Of a stretch of DNA of 64,000 nucleotides, positions 38,827 to 52,149 are shown piece after piece; within the stretch, counting starts at the first letter, position 1, and each line of letters starts with the position of its first letter. The position numbers were made by a program, and so were the translations under genes. Where the stretch lies: NCBI RefSeq assembly GCF_028641065.1, contig NW_026575913.1, forward strand, positions 1 to 64,000, in the 5' to 3' direction. The notes beneath the pieces were generated by a model that did no database searches, was not told the DNA's origin, and worked only from the letters and a program-made list of their open reading frames with translations. This DNA is from Leucoraja erinacea (taxonomy: Eukaryota).

Positions 38827-41800
38827 CCGTGCTGGTGCTTGTTTTCACAGAGGCCCAGGACCGTTGGTGCAGTGGAGGAGGGTCAGGGCGGTGAGTATAT
38901 AAATCGGGCGCGGGGCTTGTTTTCACAGAGGCCCAGGACCGTTGGTGAACAGTTTTACCGAAATCCGTAACGTTCCACACTCCATAGTGAGGGTTCTGGT
39001 GGAAGTCGCTGATTGGTGGAAGCAGACTAGAGGAAGCAGCTGATTGGGTGCAACATCAGGTTAGCATTTGTGCTTTCTGGTTAAAGGGGCAGTGCTTTAG
39101 TTAAGGTACAGTGGGTTAAAGGTGCAGTTCTTTAGTAAAGGTACAGTGAGCCAAGGGTACAGTGGGCTAAAGGTACAGTGCTTTTTGTTTATATAATAAA
39201 GGTGCAGTTTAAAGGTCACGAGGGAGCAGCTGTTGTGAGTCAGATACCTGCTGATTTCTCCCAGCAGTTTCTATTGTATTATACTGGTATCAGATCCAGG
39301 GTAAGGCGGGAGAATGACAGTCAGAGCAGCATACTGTTCTGGATGTCAGATGTGGGAGGTCATGGTGTCGGATGGCCCTCCAGACATCCACATCTGCTCC
39401 AGGTGCAGCGACATGGGGCTCCTAAGGGACCGTATTAGGATCCTGGAGCAGCAGCTCGATGACCTCGCTCTGATCAGGGAGAGTGAGGAGGTCATAGAGG
39501 GGAGTTATAGAGAGGTGGTCACTCCAAAACCACGGGAGAGAGACATGTGGGTCACGTTAAGGAAGGGCAAGGGGCAGAGGCAGGAACGAGTGAGTACTCC
39601 AATGTCGGTACACCTCGCAAATAAGTACTCCTGTTTGAGTACGGATGGGGGTGACAGCCTACCCGGGGATAGTGACAGCGGACGGGCCTCCAGCACAGAG
39701 ACCGGCCCTGTTGCTCCAAAAGCTAGGGAAAAAAAGAGGGCCATAGTAATTGGGGACTCTATTGTTAGGGGGTCGGATAGGCGATTCTGTGGACGCAGTC
39801 GGGAGACCAGGATGGTGGTCTGCCTCCCTGGTGCCAAGGTCTCGGACGTGTCTCAACGCATCCAAGATATCCTTAAATCAGAGGGAGAGGAGCCTGAGGT
39901 CGTGGTACATATAGGTACCAATGACATAGGAAAAAAAGGGAAGAGGTCCTGAAGGGAGGATTTAGGGAGTTGGGAGGAGAGTTAAGAAAAAGGACCAAAA
40001 AGGTAACCATATCAGGATTACTGCCTGTGCCACGTGACAGTGAGAGTAGGAATGGAGCGAGGTGGAGGATAAATGCGTGGCTGAAAGACTGGTGCAGAGG
40101 GCAGGGATTCAAGTTCCTGGATCATTGGGACTTCTTTTGGGGAAGGTGGGACCTGTACAGAAAGGATGGGTTGCACTTGAACCCGAGGGGGACCAATATC
40201 CTAGCGGGGAAATTTGCAAAGGCAGCTGGGGAGACTTTAAACTAGAATGGTTGGGGCGAGGGACTCAAATAGCGAAAGGTAGTAGACAGAATGGGAGGCA
40301 GGAAACAGAAATGGGAAGCACTCGGACGCAAGAGGAGAAAGAAAAAAAAGGAAATAAACAGAGAATAAGAGACGGGGGTTTTCTTAAATGTGCATATTTT
40401 AATGCTAGGAGCATTGTAAGAAAGGTTGATGAGCTTAGAGTCTGGATAGACACCTGGAAGTATGATGTTGTGGCGATCAGTGAAACGTGGTTGCAGGAGG
40501 GCTGTGATTGGAAACTAAATATTCCAGGATTTCGCTGCTTCAGGTGTGATAGAATTGGAGGGGCAAGAGGTGGAGGTGTTGCATTGCTAGTCAGGGAAGA
40601 TATTACAGCAGTGCTTTGGCAGGATAGATTGGAGGGCTCATCTAGGGAGGCTATTTGGGTGGAATTGAGAAGTGGGAAAGGTGTAGCAACTCTTATAGGG
40701 GTGTATTATAGACCGCCAAACGGGGAACGAGAATTGGAAGAGCAAATATGTAAGGAGATAGCAGATATTAGTAGTAAGCACAAGGTAGTGATTGTGGGAG
40801 ATTTCAACTTTCCACACATAGACTGGGAAACACATTCTGTAAATGGGCTGGATGGGTTGGAGTTTGTAAAATGTGTGCAGGATAGTTTTTTGCAGCAATA
40901 CATAGAGGTACCTACTAGAGGAGGGGCAGTGCTGGACCTCCTGTTAGGAAATGAGATGGGACAGGTGGCGGAGGTATGCGTTGGGGAGCACTTCGGGTCC
41001 AGTGATCACAATACCATTAGTTTCAAGATAATTATGGAGAGGGTCAGAACTGGACCTAGGGTTGAGATTTTTGATTGGAGAAAGGCTAACTTTGATGCGA
41101 TGCGAGATGATTTAAAAGGAGTGAACTGGGACATTTTGTTTTATGGGAAAGATGTAGAAGAGAAATGGAGGACATTTAAAGGGGAAATTTTAGGAGTACA
41201 GAATCTTTATGTTCCTGTTCGGTTGAAAGGAAACAGTAAAAATTGGAAAGAGCCCTGGTTTTCAAGGGAAATTGGACATCTTGTTCGGAAAAAGAGGGAG
41301 ATCTACAATAATTATAGGCAGCATGAAGTAAATGAGGTGCTTGAGGAGTATGAGGAATGTAAAAAGAATCTTAAGAAAGAAATTAGAAAAGCTAAAAGAA
41401 GATATGAGGTTGCTTTGGCAAGTAAGGTGAAAGTCAATCCAAAGGGTTTCTACAGCTATATTAATAGCAAAAGGATAACGAGGGATAAAATTGGTCCATT
41501 GGAGAGACAGAGTGGACAGCTATCTGCAGAGCCAAAAGAGATGGGGGAGATATTGAACAATTTTTTTTTTCTTCGGTATTCACCAAGGAGAAGGATATTG
41601 AATTATGTGAGGTAAGGGAAACTAGTAGAGTAGCTATGGATACTATGAGGTTCAAAGTAAAAGAAGTACTGACACTTTTGAAAAATATAAAAGTGGATAA
41701 GTCTCCAGGTCCTGACAGGATATTCCCTAGGACATTGAGGGAAGTTAGTGTAGAAATAGCCGGGGCTATGACAGAAATATTTCAAATGTCATTAGAAACG

Positions 41801-43279
41801 GGAATAGTCCCCGAGGATTGGCGTACTGCGCATGTTGTTCCATTGTTTAAAAAGGGTTCTAAGAGTAAACCTAGCAATTATAGACCTGTTAGTTTGACTC
41901 CAGTGGTGGGCAAATTAATGGAAAAGATACTTAGAGACAATATATATAAGCATCTAGATAAACAGGGTCTGATTAGGAACAGTCAACATGGATTTGTGCC
42001 TGGAAGGTCATGTTTGACTAATCTTCTTAAATTTTTTGAAGAGGTTACTAGGGAAATTGACGAGGGTAAAGCAGTGGATGTTGTCTATATGGACTTTAGT
42101 AAGGCCTTTGACAAGGTTCCTCATGGAAGGTTGGTTAAGAAGGTTCAACTGTTGGGTATAAATGCAGGAATAGCAAGATGGATTCAACAGTGGCTGAATG
42201 GGAGAAGCCAGAGGGTAATGGTGGATGGCTGTTTATCGGGTTGGAGGCAGGTGACTAGTGGGGTGCCTCAGGGATCTGTGTTGGGTCCTTTGTTGTTTGT
42301 CATGTACATCAATGATCTGGATGAAGGTGTGGTAAATTGGATTAGTAAGTATGCAGATGATACTAAGATAGGGGGTGTTGTGGATAATGAAGAGGATTTC
42401 CAAAGTCTACAGAGTGATTTAGGCCATTTGGAAAAATGGGCTGAAAGATGGCAGATGGAGTTTAATGCTGATAAATGTGAGGTGCTACACCTTGGCAGGA
42501 CAAATCAAAATAGGACGTACATGGTAAATGGTAGGGAATTGAAGAATACAGTTGAACAGAGGGATCTGGGTATAACCGTGCATAGTTCCTTGAAGGTGGA
42601 ATCTCATATAGATAGGGTGGTAAAGAAAGCTTTTGGTATGCTAGCCTTTATAAATCAGAGCATTGAGTATAGAAGCTGGGATGTAATGTTAAAATTGTAC
42701 AAGGCATTGGTGAGACCAAATCTGGAGTATGGGGTACAATTTTGGTCGCCAAATTATAGGAAGGATGTCAACAAAATAGAGAGAGTACAGAGGAGATTTA
42801 CTAGAATGTTGCCTGGGTTTCAACAACTAAGTTACAGAGATAGGTTGAATAAGTTAGGTCTTTATTCTCTGGAGCGCAGAAGGTTAAGGGGGGACCTGAT
42901 AGAGGTCTTTAAAATGATGAGAGGGATAGACAGAGTTGATGTGGACAAGCTTTTCCCTTTGAGAATAGGGAAGATTCAAACAAGGGGACATGACTTCAGA
43001 ATTAAGGGACAGAAGTTTAGGGGTAATATGAGGGGGAACTTCTTTACGCAGAGAGTGGTGGCGGTGTGGAATGAGCTCCCAGTGGAAGTGGTGGAGGCAG
43101 GTTCATTGGTATCATTTAAAAATAAATTGGATAGGCATATGGATGAGAAGGGAATGGAGGGTTATGGTACGAGTGCAGGCAGGTGGGACTAAGGGGAAAA
43201 AAATTTGTTCGGCATGGACTTGTAGGGCCGAGATGGCCTGTTTCCGTGCTGTAATTGTTATATGGTTATATGGTTATAT
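38827..43279 (+). mobile_element. Near-intact full-length CR1 family A in the intron of gene B
   Basis: Repeated 5'UTR; ORF1 39314-40245 (zinc finger + SGNH esterase); ORF2 EN-RT to 43192; the only frame breaks are in an A run (about 39931) and a T run (41561-41570); (TATGGTTA)n tail. Confidence 0.96.
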
Positions 43280-43402
43280 AGGTGTATCCCGGTTTTATAT
43301 TTAGGCTTGATATTTGTGGCGCGACGATTGTTTCTTCTTAGGTACACAAAAAAGCTGGAGAAACTCAGCGGGTGCAGCAGCATCTATGGAGCGAAGGAAA
43401 TA

Positions 43403-43436
43403 GGTAACGTTTCAGGCCGAAACCCTTCTTCAGACT
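43403..43436 (-). ncRNA. Minimal hammerhead ribozyme motif (second arm)
   Basis: Minus strand reads AGT-CTGAAGA-AGGGTTTCGGCCT-GAAAC-GTT-ACC. Confidence 0.62.
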
Positions 43437-43576
43437 GATCGGGGGCGGGGGTGGGCGGGGACAAGAGAGGAAAAAGGAGGAGGAGCCCGAAGGCTGGGGG
43501 ATGGGAGGAGACAGCAAGGACTAACAAAAGTGGGAGAATTCGATGTTCATGCCCCCAGGATGCAGACTCCCCAAAC

Positions 43577-44699
43577 CAAAGATCCTATAGGAAAGCAAGA
43601 CAGACTACTACTGCTAAATGCAATGGACTGACGTGTAGTACGCTATGGAGGGGATCATGGGCATTTTTCCACGCCCATTTTAGCAACCTGAGCCTACCTA
43701 ACCCGACCCGACTCGCACTGTAATCAATGTTGCGGGGCAACAGTTTGTGTGGGTCAGATTCATAAATCTGTCAGTTCAAACTTCTTGTCAAGAATAAAAT
43801 TTGATTCTGGTAATTGTCTTTTTTAATGTTTTTTAAATCATTTCTTTTTAAATGGCTCACAAGCAGTGTTTGAGTTGATTTTGTAGTAACCGGAACCGAC
43901 CCGACTCGCAGGGTGATTGACAGGGGGGGACTTTTTGTGCGTGATATAGGGTTAGATTCATAATTCTGTTAGTTCATAATTCTGTTGATTCTTGTTAAAG
44001 AATAAAATGTTTATAAACACACATACATGAAAATTATATAAATGTATATAACACACACAATTATATTTCTTCTAATCCAATAATGAACTTTATTTCAGAC
44101 TAGACAAGGGACATTAAATAAGAAACATTGTAAATAAGAAACATTGTAAACCTCCCTGCAACTTCACACACACTAGGCCTTATCCCCCCCGGCACTCTCT
44201 CGCCTGCCCCCTTACTACAATGTCCCCCCTCCTATGCCCCTCTCCTCGCTGCCCCGGACCCCGCACTCCTTCTCCCCGCTGCCCCGCACTCTCTCTCCCC
44301 GCTGCCCCGCGCCCCGCACTCTCTCTCCCCGCTGCCCCGGGCCCCGCACTCTCTCTCCCCGCTGCCCCGCACTCTCTCTCCCCGCTGCCCCGGGCCCCGC
44401 ACTCTCTCTCCCCGCTGCCCCGCTCTCTCTCTCCCCGCTGCCCCGCACTCTCTCTCCCCGCTGCCCCGCACTCTCTCTCCCCGCTGCCCCGCACTCTCTC
44501 TCCCCGCTGCCCCGGGCCCGCACTCTTTCTCCTCGCTGCGGATCCAATCTTTTGGCCGGGAAGGCGGGAGCAAGAAAGCGGAACAAGATGGCGGAGTCAG
44601 GTTGCTAAAATGTGTCCTATAATCACCCATGAATCCGCCCATGAGCGTACCTCACGTTTGCGTGAGAGTAATCCATCTTGCTTTGCTATAAGATCTTTG
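43577..44699. mobile_element. Non-autonomous TIR DNA transposon (hAT- or P-type MITE) with 8-bp TSD
   Basis: About 24-bp TIR CAAAGATCCTATAGGAAAGCAAGA / TCTTGCTTTGCTATAAGATCTTTG; TSD CCCCAAAC at 43569-43576 and 44700-44707. Confidence 0.88.
44240..44540. repeat. GC-rich minisatellite, about 23/30-bp unit CCCCGCTGCCCCG(GGCCCCG)CACTCTCTCT
   Basis: About 11 tandem units directly visible; explains the repetitive ORFs in several frames. Confidence 0.95.
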
Positions 44700-45266
44700 C
44701 CCCAAACGGAATATGAGGTGCTGTTCCTCCAATTTCCGGTGCTGCTCACTGTGGGCATGGAGGAGACCCAGGACATGGAGGTCGGAGATGGAGTGGGAGG
44801 GGGAGTTGAAGTGCTGAGCCACCGGGAGGTCAGCTTGGTTATTGCGGACCGAGCGAAGGTGTTCGGCGAAACGATCGCCGAACATATCGGTGAGATACTA
44901 TATCGGTGAGACCAAGCGGAGGTTGGGCGATCGTTTCGCCGAACACCTTCGCTCGGTCCGCAATAACCAAGCTGACCTCCCGGTGGCTCAGCACTTCAAC
45001 TCCCCCTCCCACTCCGTCTCCGACCTCTCTGTCCTGGGTCTCCTCCATGGCCCCAGCGAGCAGCACCGGAAATTGGAGGAACAGCACCTCATATTCCGTT
45101 TGGGGAGTCTGCATCCTGGGGGCATGAACATCGAATTCTCCCCATTTTGTTAGTCCTTGCTGTCTCCTCCCCTTCCTCAGTCCCCCTGCTGTCTCCTCCC
45201 ATCCCCCAGCCTTCGGGCTCCTCCTCCTTTTTCCTTTCTTGTTCCCGCCCACCCCCGCCCCCGATC

Positions 45267-45300
45267 AGTCTGAAGAAGGGTTTCGGCCGAAACGTTACCT
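45267..45300 (+). ncRNA. Minimal type I hammerhead ribozyme motif in a Penelope-derived repeat
   Basis: CTGAAGA-A-GGGTTTCGGCC-GAAAC-GTT: CUGANGA and GAAA core boxes, short stem II, palindromic ACGT helix III. Confidence 0.65.
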
Positions 45301-46269
45301 ATTTCCTTCGCTCCATAGATGCTGCTGCACCCGCTGAGTTTCTCCAGCTTTTTTGTGTACCTTCGATTCTCCAGCATCTGCAGTTGCTTCTTAAACAGAT
45401 TGTTTCTTCTTATTGCGTATGGTGTACACAGCCTAAAGTTGTGGGACAACTTGTTCTATTTGATCTTATTTGATTGTGCACACCAGGTTGATTGCATTCG
45501 GCGACAGAGGGCGGACCACGTGAAGGTTGCAATCTTCCACCCCGACGATTATTTGCCGGAGGGTTAGGATAAGTGTTTGAAAGGATGCGAGTGCTTAGCA
45601 ACTGTTTGAGTGCTGAAATAATATTCTGTAGTTTCCGTTACTAAGTAGATTTAGCATAGTTAGCTGCTTAGTAGTGCACACTTGTAGCATAGGCGGCGAG
45701 CGCATGTTATGACTGGGGCGTACTGGCACGCTAGAACTAACTGTTCAACATTCCCGACATGTCGGGGTCCGAACTCAGCGAAACACCAGTGAAGTGACGT
45801 GCCCATTTGATATCCCGATTATATACTAGAATCTACAAGCTTAGATGTTGTGTGCGTGTTAATATGTAGACATTGCTTATTACTTAATATGGAGTTAGTT
45901 TATGTCCTTCAATATAAGTGCTTACAAACAGTTTAAATATTACTATGGAATTGGGCTTGGATTTCATATCGCTTAAACGCTTATCCTGGTGTTATAGCTT
46001 TGTGCTTTAATAGTAATTTAAGTTCAATATTTCTTATTTCGAAGTTGAAGTTGAAGTGGTCTGATTGCTTTCCCTTGTCAAAACGACGCTGTTTACTGCT
46101 TCCACTTTGTAACTCTGCTGGCTAATAGCACGCGAGCAAGCCTGAAAGTAGCTGTAGGAGGTGAGGCCGGCAATATGTTGAGCTAACTAGCCGTTCGTTT
46201 TACATGGTATCACACGTTTTGAGAAATAAAATGTCCCTAAGTTAAGTCTGAGATCAACAGAATAGGACA

Positions 46270-47480
46270 AACATAGAAACATAGAAAATAGGTGCAGGAG
46301 TAGGACATTCGGCCCTTTGAGTCTGCACCGCCATTCCATATGATCATGGCTGATCATCCAACTCAGTATCCTGTACCTGCCTTCTCTCCATACCCCCTGA
46401 CCCCTTTACCACAAGAGCCACATCTAATTCCCTCTTAAATATAGCCAATGAGCTGGCCTCAACTACCTTTTGTGGCAGATAATTCCACAGATTCTCCACT
46501 CTCTGTGTGAAAATTTTTTTCTCATCTCGGTCCTAAAACACTTCCCCCTTATCCTTAAACTGCGACCCTTGTTCTGGACTTCCTTGGGAACATTGGGAAC
46601 AATCTTCCTGCATCTAGTCTGTCCAACCCCTTAAGAGTTTGGTGTGTTTCCATTTGATCACCCCTCAAACTTCTAAATTCTAGCGAGTACAAGCCGAGTC
46701 TATCCAGTCGTTCTTCATATGAAAGTCCTGACATCCCAGGAATCAGTCTGGCGAACTTTCTATGTACTTCCTCTATGGCAAGAATGTCTTTTCTCAGATT
46801 AGGAGACCAAAACTGTACGCAATACGCCAGGTGTGGTCTCACCAAGGCCCTGTACAACTGCAGTAGAACCTCCCTGCTCCTATACCAAATCATTTTGCTA
46901 TGAATGCTAACATACCATTCGCTTTCTTCACTGCCTGCTGCACCTGCATGCCTAATTTCAATGACTGGTGTACCATGACACCCAGGTCTCGTTGCATCTC
47001 CCCTTTTCCTAATCGGCCACCATTCAGATAATAGTCTACTTTCCTGTTCTTGCCACCAAAGTGGATAACCTCACAATTATCCACATTATATTGCATCTGC
47101 CATGCATTTTCCCACTCACCCAACCTATCCAAGTCACCTTGAAGCCTCCTAGCATCCTCCTCACAGCTTACATTCCCCCCAGCTTTGTGTCATCCGCAAA
47201 CTTGGAGATGTTGCATTAAATTCCCTCTTCCCAATCATTAATATATATTGTAAATAGCTGGGGTCCCATCACTGAGCCTTGCGGTACCCCACTAGTCACT
47301 GCCTGCCATTTTGAAAATGACCCGTTTACTCCTACTCTTTGCTTCCTGTCTGCCAGCCAGTTCTCTATCCACATCAATACTGAACCCCCAATACCGTGTG
47401 GTTTAAGTTTGCATTCTAATCTCTTATGTGGAACCTTGTCGAAAGCCTTCTGAATGTCCAGATATAACACATCCACTGGT
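46270..47480 (-). mobile_element. CR1 family B, 5'-truncated, decayed (in gene B intron)
   Basis: RT fragments 46555-47476; (CATAGAAA)n tail on the plus strand. Confidence 0.92.
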
Positions 47481-47946
47481 GGACAAGGTACAGGGCAGCG
47501 TCATTATTGGGTATGTTGTAGTTTACAGGTGAAGACTATTTTCACCCTGACATAATTTCTGCCTTGGATGCAGGTCACTCAAGACACATTATTCTGCAAA
47601 TTGTTTTGTACACCTGTGAATCTTTGAGTTCCACTGGCTTAGGAATCGAAAAATACATCTAAGAGGGAGGAAGTAAAGGAGAATTGAAATGACAGTTAAT
47701 AGGTATAACCGGTCACTTTTCGGTTCTAAATAGCTGCTTACTATCTACAAATGCCGACTTTCTACACTGTGAATTGCAGCGTAATAATATGATTGACAAC
47801 GTAAAACCCAGTGAATAAAAACACCGCCGTCGGCTATCCACTCTTGCCATGTAATATAGTGAAAGGTAAATCATAAGATTGGAGATATCTCTGTCGACTG
47901 ACCCTTGAAGAACCTGTGTAATTATACTTTTGTTGTCTTTTCGCAG

Positions 47947-48836
47947 CTAATCTGATGGCGATAGTGATTCTCTGCCGCAGAAATTGCGGTCTATCGAAAT
48001 GCATCACGCGTTACTTGGTCTACATGGCAACTGCCGATCTAATGGTTCTGATATTTGAAGTGGTTTTGTATGAGATAAAAGATGTCTATTGGCCAAATTC
48101 ATTTCTCAATTATACTCCTATTTGCAGCGTTAATCTGGCGCTGTTGTTCTTTTCTATTGATTGTTCGGTCTGGTTAACTGTGGCGTTCACCTTTGACCGA
48201 CTTATAGCTATTATTTGCCAGTCGCTGCGAACAAAATACTGCACCGAGAAGATGGCGTCAATGGTCATTGCAATTGTATGTTTTGTGAGCGTGCTGGAAA
48301 ACATTCCCATCTTCTTTATTTATGATCCTCGGGAAATACTTGATGGCCAGCCATGGTCCTGTTATGTAAAGTCAAGCTTCTACACCGCCCCAATGTGGAT
48401 CGCATTCTTATGGTTGGAAACCATTTTATGCCCATTTGCACCTTTCGTTTTGATCATGCTCCTTAATTCTCTGACTATCAGGCATATCGTACGGGCTAAT
48501 AGAGTGAGGAGCGCTCTCCGAGGAACCAATCACACAGATACAGAAATTGATAACCGGAGGAAGTCAATCATATTATTGTTGGCAATTTCAGGCAATTTTA
48601 TACTCTTATGGATGGTGCTTTTCATTTGTTACCTGTTTGTACATTTTACCGACACTCAGTTTCTAGAAGCAAATTACAATGATCCTTTCACCATTGCGGA
48701 ACAATCCGGATATATGCTGAGGTGCTTAAGTGCATGCACAAATACTTTTATTTATGCAGTGTCTCAGGGTAAATTCAGAGAGGAATTGAAGCATATAGTT
48801 AAGCGTCCACTAAGTATATTCATCGGTTTAAAATAA
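47947..48836 (+). CDS. GPCR gene B, coding exon 2; the spliced product is an intact 319-aa 7TM receptor, GPR139/GPR142-like
   Basis: Pyrimidine tract and TCGCAG acceptor end at 47946. ORF 47955-48836 has TM2 MATADLMV, TM3 C..SVWLTVAFTFDRL, ECL2 PWSC, TM5 PFAPF..LN, TM6 RRKSIILL..ISGNFILLW and TM7 NTFIY, with no stops or frameshifts. AATAAA occurs at about 49061 and 49173. Confidence 0.92.
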
Positions 48837-50139
48837 ATCATTTATTTTAATCACCTGGAGTGAACTTGTTGTTCACGCAGCACATCAACATGAGCCCCCA
48901 AAGGAAAGTCGGACAGACAACGTCCCTCACATATCATTCGGCACCTCCAACACTAGACCATTTCACCTTGAATGAGAATGTTTGCGATGGTATTCCTACT
49001 TTCCTACATTCTACCGACATTTTGTCCAATTATGTGAAACATTATCGATTTTCAGGTCAAAATAAAATAAATTCGACAAGATTAATCGCAGTTTTGTATT
49101 GTTCTAATCGCTGTACCTCTAACAAATCCCTTCAATTCAATTTCTGTAAGTAACGTACTTTGAAAAGTTCTGAATAAAATATTTCTATCAATGGACCATT
49201 TGGGAGAATTGTTACACACGCGTTCAATACTTCAAAAGCTGAGATCATATATGATTTGAAGTGAATCGAGAATCACAACTTAATTGACAGAAGTACACGG
49301 TGACTCACAAATGCCATTTGATTCCATCGGGTGTTGTGGGATGTACAAATAAGGAACTGCAAATGCTGGTTTACACAAACTGACAAAAGAATGCTAGAGT
49401 AACTCAACGGGTCAGACAATATTTCTGGAGAACATGGATAGATGACGTTTCAGATCGAGACCCTGCTTCAACTGGTGTTGTGGGATGTTGAAATGCATGA
49501 ATGTGCGGACAGTGGCGTATGTTTCTCATTAACGATTGTATATGGGATGTATAAAATATAATCTGTGTCCGAAACATATGACATTTTAATGTTGGAATCA
49601 ACCTATCAATGACTACGGGCGAGATATGCTTGGATATCAACAAGGTAGGTGGGCTTTGGAGGCAACTGTGTGGATGATGGTGTATGAATTCATCGTGTAC
49701 TGCCAACAATATCAGTGGACGGGCGAAACTGAGGGGACCTGTCTTCACGAAGATGCAGTACAGAACGCCACAGGAGATCTCTTCTCCCTGTGGCTGTCAA
49801 ACTACAAACCCTCCCAAAGCAAAAACAAAAACAGATAGTCGATTTTATTTGTGAAAATTTAAAAAATACCATTAGTTTGAACAAGAATGAATAGAAATTT
49901 TGGAGGGAATGTATCTGGGTCTCCAGGTAGAATGTTAACACAGGGCATAATATAGATGAGACAATTAATGCGCATGTCAGAAAGATAGTCATGGCAATTT
50001 GACCAAAATAATTATTTCGCAAACTAAATTGATTCTTAAATATGATATTCGTGTGATGTAAATTAGTAGGTTTCTAGATGTGGAATTTGATCGCGAAAAT
50101 TGTAATTAATGTTCTAACGGTAAGGATATTTTAACGGCT

Positions 50140-51045
50140 GCTTGTTCCACACACTTACCGCACTTTGTGTGAAAATGACATCCCTCAGGTTCATATTACA
50201 CCTCCATCCCTCCCCCCCCCCCCCCTTCCCCCTCACATTAAATCGTTTTCCTCTGGTTCCCTATTCCCCTAACCTGGGCAGGAGATTAATTGCGTCTACC
50301 CGATCTATTCCTCTCATTATTTTGTACACCTCGAAAAAATCACAGCTCATCGTCCTCCAATCAAAGGAATAGAGTCGTAGCCTGCTCATCTTCTCCCTAT
50401 ACGTCAGGTCCTCGGGTCATAGTCTTATCCTCGTAAATCTTCTCTGCACCCTTTACAGCTTGACAACATATTTCCTGTAACTTGTGCTCAAAACGGAACA
50501 CAATACTCTAAATGCTGCTCCACCAACGTCTCATACAACTGCAACATAACCTCACACTTCTATATTGAATTGTCAGACTGATGAAGGTCATGGTGCCAAC
50601 AGCTAAAATCCTTTTTGACCACCTTATCTCGCTATGAATTATGTATAGTTACTTCTAGATCCCTCTGCTCACCCACGCTGCCCAGAGCTCTGCCGTTCAG
50701 TGTGCAGGTTCTGCCCACGTTAGTGCTCCCAAAACATCACAGCTCGCATCTCTCTCTATTAAATTCCACCAACCATTCCACAGTCCACCTTTCCAACCGA
50801 TCAAGACCCTACTGCAATTTTTGACAATTATCTTTGCTATCTACAATACCATCTGCAAACATCTCATGCCATGTACGTTCTCATACAAATTATTGATATA
50901 GATGACAAACAGCAAAGGGCCCAGCACCACAGCACTAGTTCAGGTCTCCAGTCACGAAAAGCAACCTTCCGCCATCACCATCTGTCTCCGCCCATGGTTT
51001 ACTTTCTATCCATGCTGCTATCTCTCATTGAATCCGATGGGATCT
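50140..51045 (-). mobile_element. Old CR1 fragment
   Basis: Decayed minus-strand RT 3' region (RPHLEYC-like, FTQ..V..VWN). Confidence 0.7.
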
Positions 51046-52149
51046 AACCTTCAAACAATATGGAACGTTTCACAAATATGCGCAGGGCCTTGCGAGACAA
51101 CGTTTCGTGTCTAAACCTTTCTTCAGACTGAAACATGGAGAAAGACAGAACCCATTTAGCCTATCTTCAGCTGTTGAAGGGTTCCGACCCGAAACGTCAC
51201 CCATTGCTTTTTATCCCGATGTTCTACCTGACCCGCAAAGTTACTCCTGAATAGTGTTCCTGTTCTCTGCTATTTTCATAATTCGTGTTCTGAATCTGTT
51301 TGGGCCTTAAACATTGCTATTTGAGTTTCCGCTGATTTTGCTTGCTCCAGCTTTCGAAGACAGAGATTAGCATAGAAATATTAATGGCGTGTCAGTCTTT
51401 CATTCAAAACATAACTCTCTTCCGACTGCACTCATGCCCCTCGGAGGATGTAGTTTTCCGTCGGTGCAAAACAGGAGAATATTCAGGTAAAGCTGTCTGG
51501 TTCACGTATTAACCAGCGCCTTCATCAGCTTATCAAAATGTTCAAATCACTGGCGGTTCCAAATCATTCTTAATGAGCCGAAGCTGCTGGTTACGCGTCC
51601 CATTCCAGTTAAAATGTTTCTAACAATATGGTACGAGGTTGATTGATATCCAGAAAGATGTCAGGATGAAGAATCCCGTAATTTCCATTCCACCTGGAAT
51701 CATTTTAATACAGTTACATTAAATGTAACACAATTTAAAAAAAAATCAACTGCGAAGCGCCGACGAGGTGAATGGCATGCTCGTAAAAGCAAGTTCCGAA
51801 AACGATTTAATCTGCTTGCATCAGCCGTGTGGCGCAATGGGGAAGGTGATTGATTTTTGTAGCAAGAGTTGCGGCGATAGCTGCACGGCCAGTTGCAATT
51901 CCGTGTACTTGATATTATTGTAGATTGTGTTTTTCACAGTGAATTGTAGAACCATTATGAATGTTGTCGAGCAATGGTATATCGGAGTACAGGTACATAG
52001 TTCCCCAAAATTGGCGTCAGAGTTAGATAGGTTGGTCAAAGAGACCTTCGGTACTTTGGCCTTCGTCAGACAAGGTGTTGAATGTACCGTAATCCTTAAC
52101 CCCATGAGCTTCCCTCTACTAACACTTCCGTCCGGTGGGACATATGCTC

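Larger units (their letters stand above)
43341..45397. mobile_element. Penelope-derived element inserted as an inverted pair with a 15-bp TSD
   Basis: GATTGTTTCTTCTTA at 43326-43340 and 45398-45412. Minus arm 43341-43576 plus 44700-44879; plus arm 44899-45397 encodes YYIGETKRRLGDRFAEH..GMN. Confidence 0.88.

Noticed and set aside
39080-39210. Short spaced repeats as a CRISPR-like array
   Set aside because: No unique spacers, eukaryotic context, and located inside a CR1 5'UTR.
44180-44909. Several long Pro/Arg/Gly-rich ORFs
   Set aside because: Translations of a stop-free GC-rich minisatellite.
47955-48836. Calling the intact receptor GPR139 itself
   Set aside because: It has multiple local paralogues and only family-level similarity; orthology cannot be shown without a tree.
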